This document shows positions 8,406-16,994 of a DNA stretch of 64,000 nt, one piece after another. Origin of the DNA: a virus; the IMG/VR virus record IMGVR_UViG_3300025151_000019, positions 1-64,000 of that record; one strand, written 5' to 3'. Every line of letters starts with the position of its first letter. Within the stretch, counting starts at the first letter, position 1. Position numbers and translations under genes: made by a program. The notes under the pieces were generated by a model. That model saw only the letters and a program-made list of their open reading frames with translations. It was not told the DNA's origin and searched no databases.

Positions 8406-10925
8406 ATGAATATTATTAATTTTAGTAGAAAAATTAGAAAGGAACTATTAAGAATTTCTAGACTTGGTTCTTTGGAAGGCCCAAAAACAGAAGAGTTATT
8501 AGATTTAATTAATGAAAAATTAGAAGAAAAAATTACAATAGACCAATTATATAGAATTTTGAAAAATGTTAGAAGTTATGATGCAATAATGTCAGTGCTT
8601 TTTAATTTAGAAAGTGGTGGAGAAGATGGTGCAATTTCTGATGGTTTTACTTTTGATGGTAAATTTCTAAAAGAATATAGAATGTCTTCTTCTATTTGGA
8701 AAATGCCTTCTGAATTTGTTAGAATTGTTAATGAAACCAGAACAATTAAACCTTCATTAAAAGCCTTAGAAGAAAAAGAGCAAATTTTAGCCCATATTGA
8801 AAGTGCAAAAAAATATAGAAAAAATGATATTGTTGAAATTGAAATACCTCCAGAATTTTTAACTGCTCTTGAAAGAGTTAAGGAAAGTCTTGATACAGAA
8901 GTAGGAGAAGATTTTAAAGATAGAGAGGTTCCTAGTTTTGAATCACTAATTGCACTTAAGAAAAGTTTGACAGAAATTTCTGCTATTCCAACTGAAATGA
9001 GAAAAAAATACTACGAATATTGGGAAGATAAAGAAAGAGCATTTGTCAGATTAACTGAAGTGGTTAAGGATGTTATGGAAGAAATATTTCAAGGTGGAAC
9101 TTATTCTAATGTAGAGGCTGACCCAGAATCAGAAGAGAGTGTATATAGTGAAACATCTCAAAGACAATTAGAAGAACTAACTAAGGTGGGCGTTCTACCA
9201 TCATATATTTTAAAGTTTAGTCCAATTATTGCAAGAGAATATCCCGATTCAACTAAAAGTGTCATGTTGCTAAAAGATTTCTTAAATATGGTTGGTAGAG
9301 AAGTTCCCAGAAAGTATAAAAATTTACTACCTAACGAAGAAATAGTTAGCCAGATGGGGGTTTCCTATGATTATAACCCAGAAACGGGTGAATTAGAAGG
9401 GTCTACTGATACTAATTTAGATGAAGAACTTGCCGATGCGTTAGAGCAATTAGATGCTTTAAAGGAAGATATTAAAATTGACCCACTATTTTCTATTTTG
9501 GTAAAAAATAAAAAGGTTCCTTACGCAATTAATAAAAAGATTTTGGACCAAACATTAGAACTAATTAGAGAAGAATTAGACTTGTCTGGTTTAAATGAAT
9601 TTCAAGAAGATATTCAGGAACTATTAGATAAAGAAATTGATACTTTTATTGATAGTTATAAAGATACTTATTCAGTAGACGCTACTGAATATTACATGCC
9701 TATGATGGATTCATCAACAGTTTTATCCCACTTTAACAAGTTTAAAGATTTAACTATTACTGTTTCTTATTTTAATAAGGGTGTAATTAATGATAAGACA
9801 TTTACAAGATATTCTGACGCTGTTAAGTTTGTAAATGAGAATACTGAAAAGTTTTTCTGTAATGTAGTTGATATTTTAGAAATTGATTTAAGAAGTGCAC
9901 CTATGTTAGAGAAACCAAGAAGCGGAAAGGAGGGAACTCCAAAATATTTTAGAGGTGGCGATGTTGTTCCAAGACCTACTAAATCACCTCAAGTCGTAGA
10001 AAATAAAGTTGAAGCGTATAGAGAAATTCTTGACAGTATTGTAGATTATTATATTGACCCGCTATCAGGTTCTATGATTCTCCTTGAAGATACACCTGAA
10101 TTTTTCTCACATAAATGCTTCCGAGATTTACCTATCATTCTTACTAAAAATCCTATCGTCTTAGCGGAAAAGGCTATGCTTGAAGGTATTGAACCAATTG
10201 CAGATAAGAACGACTACAACAAAATTTCTGAATTGTTAAGAACTCTTGAAAATCCAGATGATGTGGTCTATAACGATAGATTAGTTAATTTATTTGAGGA
10301 TGCATTAGATTCTTACATTAAGTTCTGGACTTTGGTTGCTGTTAAAACAAATGAAGATGAATTTTCATTAAGAGATACATTAAAAGATGCAAAAATTGTT
10401 CTTGGTGATGCTCTTTATGAAATTGCTAAATTAACCGAATCTGAAGAAGCATTGGAAAGAGAAACATTCCGTGATGAACCCCTCTCATTTTGGAACAGAG
10501 AACAAAAAAAGAAGAAAGTTACTATTAGAGGACTTTTACCACTTCTCGGTCAAAAGTCATGGAAGACATATGTGGTTAATCAGAACAATAGAGAAAGAGG
10601 AACTAAAGCCGCCTATGATAGATTAGTTAAACTGTTAAAGGAGAGCGATTTAAAGTTAGCAGGTGATTTAACTATTGCTATGTTAGAGGCTACCGATATG
10701 CTTAGAAAAATGGAAGGCTTAACGATATACAATGCAAAGAAGGATATTACAGATATTGACGACTTAGATTATGTTATTAATAAAATTAGAAAGGAACATA
10801 ACATTGACCTTTATGGTGTAGACATTTATAACATTGTTAAATCACAGTCTTCCTTTAATGATATTGGTAATACATTTGGTTTGTCTTCCGAAATTATCTA
10901 TAAAATTAAGGGGCTATTTAGATGA
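8406..10925 (+). CDS. Large acidic protein with C-terminal HTH-like segment
   Basis: ~840 aa ending SFNDIGNTFGLSSEIIYKIKGLFR; start moved to the ATG after GGTGA. Confidence 0.75.
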   Translation: MNIINFSRKIRKELLRISRLGSLEGPKTEELLDLINEKLEEKITIDQLYRILKNVRSYDAIMSVLFNLESGGEDGAISDGFTFDGKFLKEYRMSSSIWKMPSEFVRIVNETRTIKPSLKALEEKEQILAHIESAKKYRKNDIVEIEIPPEFLTALERVKESLDTEVGEDFKDREVPSFESLIALKKSLTEISAIPTEMRKKYYEYWEDKERAFVRLTEVVKDVMEEIFQGGTYSNVEADPESEESVYSETSQRQLEELTKVGVLPSYILKFSPIIAREYPDSTKSVMLLKDFLNMVGREVPRKYKNLLPNEEIVSQMGVSYDYNPETGELEGSTDTNLDEELADALEQLDALKEDIKIDPLFSILVKNKKVPYAINKKILDQTLELIREELDLSGLNEFQEDIQELLDKEIDTFIDSYKDTYSVDATEYYMPMMDSSTVLSHFNKFKDLTITVSYFNKGVINDKTFTRYSDAVKFVNENTEKFFCNVVDILEIDLRSAPMLEKPRSGKEGTPKYFRGGDVVPRPTKSPQVVENKVEAYREILDSIVDYYIDPLSGSMILLEDTPEFFSHKCFRDLPIILTKNPIVLAEKAMLEGIEPIADKNDYNKISELLRTLENPDDVVYNDRLVNLFEDALDSYIKFWTLVAVKTNEDEFSLRDTLKDAKIVLGDALYEIAKLTESEEALERETFRDEPLSFWNREQKKKKVTIRGLLPLLGQKSWKTYVVNQNNRERGTKAAYDRLVKLLKESDLKLAGDLTIAMLEATDMLRKMEGLTIYNAKKDITDIDDLDYVINKIRKEHNIDLYGVDIYNIVKSQSSFNDIGNTFGLSSEIIYKIKGLFR

Positions 10926-11788
10926 GGGGAATTAGAACAGAAGTCTATCCCGTTCCTGCGGGTGATTCTTTTGAAGAAGGTGGAGAAACCTTTACCGTTG
11001 TTGGTCCGTTAAGTGAACCACAATTTATTGAATTAGGCAATAGATGGCCGAAGGCTAATAGAAGACCAAGAGGCAGACCTGATGCTAATTTTACTTTCAG
11101 TAGTGATGAAAATTATATTTGGACAATTGTTGATGAGTTTGGATATTTCGTTGCTAAAGCAGGTGTAGCAGTATTAGATGATGTTATAGGGGATGCAGGG
11201 GCATTTACAGTAGGAGGAATGGGTAAGCACCCTGAAATGTATGGAGAGGATGCTAACTATCAAGGTAGAGGATTCAATACTAAATTAGACGAATACAGAA
11301 TGCCGTTCATTAGAAACTTAGCAGAAGAAAGAAAAATTCCTATTGTTTTTGATTTGTCAAACGATTCAGAAAATAGACTTGCTAAGTATCAAAGAATGGG
11401 TTTTGAAACGCTGAGTGCTAATGATGAAAAGCACCCAAATATACCTGAAAGACATTATAATACTCTCAAGGCAAAAGGTAGAACTTATGCTATTTATGTT
11501 CCAGAAAGTATGAAAGAAGATAAGGCTATGAAAAAGGCTTGGGAAATTTTAAAAATTATGCCGTTAGTAAAGCCTCCAAATGTAAGACAAATACAACAAA
11601 TAAGAACACATGACCCCTCTCCCCAAGAAATGCAAATACAGTTTGATAAAAGTAAAGAAAAGAATGAAAAATGTGATTATTGTCATAGACCTCCTGTTTT
11701 AGATTGTAGGGCATGTGGACAAAAATTATGTTTTAGACATTTATCTAAGCCTTGCACAACAGGCGAAGGTGATTACCGATACGGGTGA
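10922..11788 (+). CDS. GNAT-fold acetyltransferase-like domain plus C-terminal Zn finger
   Basis: YQGRGF (motif A-like) and YQRMGF (motif B-like); linker MKKAWEILK; CDYC...CRAC...CFRH...C. Confidence 0.55.
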   Translation: MRGIRTEVYPVPAGDSFEEGGETFTVVGPLSEPQFIELGNRWPKANRRPRGRPDANFTFSSDENYIWTIVDEFGYFVAKAGVAVLDDVIGDAGAFTVGGMGKHPEMYGEDANYQGRGFNTKLDEYRMPFIRNLAEERKIPIVFDLSNDSENRLAKYQRMGFETLSANDEKHPNIPERHYNTLKAKGRTYAIYVPESMKEDKAMKKAWEILKIMPLVKPPNVRQIQQIRTHDPSPQEMQIQFDKSKEKNEKCDYCHRPPVLDCRACGQKLCFRHLSKPCTTGEGDYRYG

Positions 11789-11792
11789 TTAA

Positions 11793-12095
11793 ATGAGTTG
11801 GGAAAAAATATTAAAAAATAAGGAAATTGATGTAGGTAGACAATATGCTGAAGAAGATATGATTGAATTTGATTTAAAAAAACTATTTCAAAATCGTTAT
11901 TTAATAAGAGACAGTAGTAGGCAGCGAGCAAATATAGATGGTTCAATAGAATTCCATATTATTTTAAGAGAAATTAAAAGAAAATACCCCAATATGACAC
12001 CAGATAGACTTAGAAATTATTTAAATAAATTTGAATATTATGGTCCTACTGAAACAAGAGATGGAAGACGAGATGTTTATTTTACTATGAGGTAG
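11793..12095 (+). CDS. Small protein with MSWEKILK start
   Basis: 100 aa, GGTGA SD. Confidence 0.75.
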   Translation: MSWEKILKNKEIDVGRQYAEEDMIEFDLKKLFQNRYLIRDSSRQRANIDGSIEFHIILREIKRKYPNMTPDRLRNYLNKFEYYGPTETRDGRRDVYFTMR

Positions 12096-12104
12096 TGAGG
12101 AATA

Positions 12105-13520
12105 ATGGATTTACTAACCGAAATGGATTTAGAAATGTCAAAGGGAAACTTCCCTTATTTCTTTGAAAAGGTTCTTGGATATGAATTAGCAGACTTTCAT
12201 CAAGAATGGTTAGACCTTGTAAATAACACATCACGAACAGTTATTATTTGTTCACGCGACCACGGCAAATCTGTTTTCTTTCATTCGTGGTGTGTTTATC
12301 AATTATGTTTTCAAGAACCACCATATCAAATGCTATACATTTCATCAAACCATAAACAGACAATGGTTCACATGAAAGACATTGACCGTATGTTCACAAA
12401 CATTCCTCAATTGAAAAAGTTCAAACCGAGAGGTGGGTGGGCGGTTGGTGCTATGCGTTTAACAAACGGTAATGAAATTCTTGAGCGTTCTGTTGGTTCT
12501 CAAATTCGTGGTCTTCACCCTCAAGAAATTATTATTGACGACCCTCTAAAAGAGTTCAGCATGACGGCTATTCAAAGAGTTACTGATTGGTTTTGGGGAG
12601 ATATGATTCCTACACTTCACCATACCGCTTCACTTAGAATGGTAGGGACACCATTTACTTACACAGATATTTTCGTGCAGTTAGAAGAAAACCCTGCATA
12701 CAATGTAGAAAGATACCCTGCTGTTAAACCTGATGGAACAGCACTTTGGCCTAATCGCTGGAGTCTTGAAATGCTTGAAGAGAGAAAGATTGAAATTGGT
12801 TCATCCAAGTTCACAAGAGAATATCTTTGCGTTCCTATCAGCACCAACACTATGCTTTTTCACCCTGATGCTATCAAAGCGTGTAAGAATGACTATGCTT
12901 CGCTTGAGAGCGTTTGTAGGGAGGGCTACCGCTACTTCATAGGATATGACCCTGCTATTTCATCAAATGGAGACTATACGGTGATGATGGTTTTAGAGGT
13001 GGATGATGATATGAATAAACAGGTTGTTCATATGCTTAGAGCAAAGGGTCTTGATTTTAGAGAACACATTAATCATGTAATGGAACTTTGTAGAAGATAC
13101 AAACCAGAAATTGTCATGATTGAAACAAATACATTTGCAAAGGCATTTGCTATGGAACTAAAAAATATCTCGGATTTTCCCGTCAAGGAATTTACAATGA
13201 GCCGAAAGAAAAAGGAAGAGATTATCCTTAACTTACAAATGAATATTGACAATGGGAAGATTGTTTTTCCCATGCAAAACGAAACATCAAGAAATGTTTC
13301 TAATCAAATTATCCAAGAATTAGGTGCTTTTGGAATTAACGCTCACGGTAAAATTGAAGGTGTTGGGGCGCATGACGATATTGTTATTGCGTTGGCTTTG
13401 GCTAACTATGCGACCAAATCCTTTAGCGATACCTTTTTAGACATTGATAGTAGTGGACTATTTAACAGCCCTACTACAACACCGCAGAAGGGAGGTGGAT
13501 TTTATGGTATTAATCTATAA
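12105..13520 (+). CDS. terL: Terminase large subunit
   Basis: Walker A-like SRDHGKS, Walker B IIIDD, GTP coupling motif, nuclease motifs IGYDPA and HDDIVIALALA. Confidence 0.95.
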   Translation: MDLLTEMDLEMSKGNFPYFFEKVLGYELADFHQEWLDLVNNTSRTVIICSRDHGKSVFFHSWCVYQLCFQEPPYQMLYISSNHKQTMVHMKDIDRMFTNIPQLKKFKPRGGWAVGAMRLTNGNEILERSVGSQIRGLHPQEIIIDDPLKEFSMTAIQRVTDWFWGDMIPTLHHTASLRMVGTPFTYTDIFVQLEENPAYNVERYPAVKPDGTALWPNRWSLEMLEERKIEIGSSKFTREYLCVPISTNTMLFHPDAIKACKNDYASLESVCREGYRYFIGYDPAISSNGDYTVMMVLEVDDDMNKQVVHMLRAKGLDFREHINHVMELCRRYKPEIVMIETNTFAKAFAMELKNISDFPVKEFTMSRKKKEEIILNLQMNIDNGKIVFPMQNETSRNVSNQIIQELGAFGINAHGKIEGVGAHDDIVIALALANYATKSFSDTFLDIDSSGLFNSPTTTPQKGGGFYGINL

Positions 13521-14904
13521 GGCTGAAGACCCTATTGATGTTGAGGAACTTGAAGAAAATCTCAATCAGGTTAAAAGAGTTGAAGAACAAAAAAAGGTTC
13601 TTGACGATTCTGTTAAACCTGTAAAAGATAAACTAAAGAATCAATTATCAAAAGGTAATATAAACGAATGGTTGGTAAAACAATATGGAAATGAAATTGA
13701 TATTGTTAAGAATATTTCTAAGGAATTAAATATTAATTTAACTGAGGCTACAAAATATATTGCGCCTCTACCTGTTGAACCTCTAATTGAAGGTAAGACT
13801 ATCCCTTCATTAGTTAAAGAACTAAGAACTATGAGAAGAAAGTTAAAAGGTGCACAAAGAGACACTTTAACAAAAGGTATAGACCATTTAATTACGGCTT
13901 ATGAGCAACATTTACAAAAATCATTAGATACAATTTATTGGTTAAAACCTTATCAGTTAGGTTTTAAGAAAATGGGACATAACCCCACACAAATTCAAAA
14001 ATTATACAACATTAAGGATGGTGAAACAAGAAGTAAAATTATTGAACTCTGTTGTAAAATGTGGGAAACTGATTTAGAGAAAAAGAGTTTAGATTATGGA
14101 ACTGATTATTCTAATTATCATAATAATTTTAACGAGGCTAAAAAAGAATTAAGAAAGTTATTAAAAAATATTCCACATCAATCACTTAGAGATTCAAAAA
14201 AGGATATGATTCAAAAAAGTGTTTTTGAAATTATTTCTAATAATCAGGGGTTATCAGCAAGTGAAGTTCATTCCAGACTAAGCCCTTCTCATTCTAAAAT
14301 TTCTACACCTCAATCTATTTCAAAGGTTTTAAAGAAAATAAATGCTACAAAAGTTAATAGTGAATATTACTTAATTAACAATATTATCAAAAAGGATTTG
14401 TATTCTTATGTTGCTGGCTTTATTGATTCTGATGGCTTTATTACAATGGATGCTTCGTTATCACCAAGAATCGGTATGATTGCTACGGGTAATAGGGGAA
14501 GAGCATTCTTTGAAGAATTAGAAAAAGAGTTAAAATGTGGCCGCCTACACCTTGACCAAAAGGTTGGAGAAAATAACAGAAGTCAGCACAGGCTTAACTT
14601 TTACAAACAGGATGATATTCTTCATGTTCTTGAAAAGTGCCTTCCTCACCTTAGAATGAAGCACACGCAGGGCAAGTTAATTCAGGAGGCTATTAGAATT
14701 AAGAAGAACTTCAAGAAGGCAGATTGGGCTAAGCCGAGACTTGGTGAGATTTTTAAATTAATCAAGTATGAAAATTGGAAGGACTCGGTTACTCAAGGTC
14801 CAAAGGAATTTAAAAAATATGGAATTGACCCCGAAGTAGTAGTTAAATACCATGATAATTCTAAAATGCAACTAATGGATAGTCTTGAAAGTGGGGTGGA
14901 ATGA
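13504..14904 (+). CDS. Helical domain + wHTH-like + LAGLIDADG endonuclease-domain fusion
   Basis: YVAGFIDSDGFI motif; start moved to ATG 13504 after GGAGGTGG. Confidence 0.8.
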   Translation: MVLIYKAEDPIDVEELEENLNQVKRVEEQKKVLDDSVKPVKDKLKNQLSKGNINEWLVKQYGNEIDIVKNISKELNINLTEATKYIAPLPVEPLIEGKTIPSLVKELRTMRRKLKGAQRDTLTKGIDHLITAYEQHLQKSLDTIYWLKPYQLGFKKMGHNPTQIQKLYNIKDGETRSKIIELCCKMWETDLEKKSLDYGTDYSNYHNNFNEAKKELRKLLKNIPHQSLRDSKKDMIQKSVFEIISNNQGLSASEVHSRLSPSHSKISTPQSISKVLKKINATKVNSEYYLINNIIKKDLYSYVAGFIDSDGFITMDASLSPRIGMIATGNRGRAFFEELEKELKCGRLHLDQKVGENNRSQHRLNFYKQDDILHVLEKCLPHLRMKHTQGKLIQEAIRIKKNFKKADWAKPRLGEIFKLIKYENWKDSVTQGPKEFKKYGIDPEVVVKYHDNSKMQLMDSLESGVE

Positions 14905-16544
14905 TGGGTCTTAGAGATTACTTAGGAGGCTTTGTTAAGCGACGAACCCCTACGCCAAACCAAAAAGAAGTCTACAATTTAGGCATTCAGGAAAAAAGAA
15001 ATATTCAGCACATTGTTGGACCTGTTCTTTATGATGTTGCTAATCAATCAACCATTGTTAGAACTTGTATTACTCAATTAAAAACTGAAATTTTCCGAAG
15101 AGGATTTGAATGGAAAAAAGCATTCTACAAAATTTGTAATAAGTGTGATACTAAGCATGAAAAAGAAACTGATGTTTGTAGAAATTGTGGTTCTAAAGAT
15201 TTGAGAGTTCCCTCTCAAGACCAAATTAATTACGCTGAAAAATTCTTTGATGGATATATTAACAGGTCAGAACAAAAATTAATTGATGTTCTAAAAGAAA
15301 TTGAAACTGATTTAAATATTGCTGATGATGCATATTTAATCTTAGTTAAGGAATATTATCTTGATGATAAGGGAAATGTTGTTCTTCATAAAATTAAAGA
15401 AATGTATAGGGGCGACCCATTAACTATGTATATTGATATTGATGAGGAAGGAGATAGAGGTGAAGCACATTATACTTGTATTACACATAGAGAAATTTAT
15501 GATACCGACTCATTAGCAAGGTGTCCTGTTTGTGATTGTAAATTACACCCTGTTCATTATATTAATAGAGTTCACGGAAAAGACCAATACTTTACAAAGG
15601 ATGAAGTTATCCATCTTAGCAAATACAACCCCTCAAGACTTTACGGCTTCTCTCCTATTTTGACGCTATGGAGTCATATTACTACTCTTATTGCTATGGA
15701 AAATTATGTCAATACTTCTTATACTAAAGCGAGAGCACCAAGAGGTATTCTTGCCGTTCAAACCAATAACATGGAATCTCTTGTTAAATATTGGAAGGGC
15801 GTTAAGGAAAAGTTAGAGAAAGACCCTCACTATATTCCTATTATGGGTATTGAAACCGATGGTGGTTCAAGAGGTTCAATTGAATGGGTTCAGTTTATGA
15901 ACACATTAAAAGAGATGGACTACATCAATGTTAAGGATGATTTGAGAGATAGAATTGGTGCTTTCTACGGAGTCAGTAAAATTTTCCAAGGAGATACCGC
16001 TACAAGTGGTGGTTTAAACAACGAAGGTATGCAGATTTTAGTTACTAATCGTTCTGTTGAATTAGCACAAAATGTCTATAATCAATACTTATTCCCATTC
16101 CTTCTAAAGCAATTTGGAATTACAGATTGGACTTTAACGCTACTGCGTTCTGAAGAAGAGGACAATGTGGCTGAATTAAGAAGAAGGGAAATTGAAATTA
16201 ATATTGCAGCCCAAATTAAAAATCTTGGGTTTGAAGTTGATATGGATGAAGATGGAAACTTTATTTATTCTAAACCTTTACCAAAGGAAGAACAACCTAT
16301 GGAAAGAGTCGGCGGTGGAGAGAAAGTTGAAACAGACCCATACGCAGGAACAAATATTGATGCCTCACAATTAGGACAGATGCAAGAACAGATGATGCAA
16401 GGAGGGTCTAAACCACAAGAAAACCCACCAGCAACGAGAAATAAACCATCTATGAGCGTTGGTCCTCCTAATAGAAATATGGGATTGCCGAGAGAAGCGG
16501 CAAATAATAATGTAGATAGAAGAACAGAAAGAAGAGTTGGTTAA
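14901..16544 (+). CDS. Portal protein with Zn-ribbon insertions
   Basis: Position after TerL; portal-like VIHLSKYNP...LYGFSPI and IGAFYGVS segments; CNKC/CRNC and CITH/CPVC pairs. Confidence 0.88.
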   Translation: MMGLRDYLGGFVKRRTPTPNQKEVYNLGIQEKRNIQHIVGPVLYDVANQSTIVRTCITQLKTEIFRRGFEWKKAFYKICNKCDTKHEKETDVCRNCGSKDLRVPSQDQINYAEKFFDGYINRSEQKLIDVLKEIETDLNIADDAYLILVKEYYLDDKGNVVLHKIKEMYRGDPLTMYIDIDEEGDRGEAHYTCITHREIYDTDSLARCPVCDCKLHPVHYINRVHGKDQYFTKDEVIHLSKYNPSRLYGFSPILTLWSHITTLIAMENYVNTSYTKARAPRGILAVQTNNMESLVKYWKGVKEKLEKDPHYIPIMGIETDGGSRGSIEWVQFMNTLKEMDYINVKDDLRDRIGAFYGVSKIFQGDTATSGGLNNEGMQILVTNRSVELAQNVYNQYLFPFLLKQFGITDWTLTLLRSEEEDNVAELRRREIEINIAAQIKNLGFEVDMDEDGNFIYSKPLPKEEQPMERVGGGEKVETDPYAGTNIDASQLGQMQEQMMQGGSKPQENPPATRNKPSMSVGPPNRNMGLPREAANNNVDRRTERRVG

Positions 16545-16545
16545 A

Positions 16546-16767
16546 ATGAACTGGGAAAATATTAAGAAAGAAATTAGAAGAAAACCTCCTACTAAAGTAG
16601 CGGGTGGTGCAGACCAAGAATTAGAAGAAACCATGTCAGAAGACAATAGAGAACTAATTGCTAATACAAGAAGAAGCACTTTACAGGCAATTTATAAAAT
16701 TTTAAAGGATATGGGTGAAGAAGAACTTGTTAAAATTTTAGAAGAAAGACTTAAGGGGATGGAATAA
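16546..16767 (+). CDS. Small protein with MNWENIKK start
   Basis: ATG 16546 immediately after the portal stop. Confidence 0.7.
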   Translation: MNWENIKKEIRRKPPTKVAGGADQELEETMSEDNRELIANTRRSTLQAIYKILKDMGEEELVKILEERLKGME

Positions 16768-16992
16768 ATGAATAAAGATATTATTAATAGAAAATTAAAT
16801 GCAGCAAAAGAACAAATTGAGCGTTTGGCTAAGACTGTTAATCAGCAACCAAGAGAACCAAAGCAGACTGTTAATACAGTTCCTGCTGGTGTTCAGGAAC
16901 ACCCACCAGTAAATGAAGGAATTAATCAACAATCAGTTCCTGGATTTATTACGGGTGGACCAAAATTTAATAAGAAAATGAAGGAAGTTTAA
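16768..16992 (+). CDS. Hypothetical protein
   Basis: 74 aa, abuts both neighbours. Confidence 0.65.
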   Translation: MNKDIINRKLNAAKEQIERLAKTVNQQPREPKQTVNTVPAGVQEHPPVNEGINQQSVPGFITGGPKFNKKMKEV

Positions 16993-16994
16993 TT

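Noticed and set aside
13444-14904. Intein or intron interrupting TerL or portal
   Set aside because: TerL and portal are each complete ORFs; no Cys...His-Asn splice junctions flank the LAGLIDADG domain
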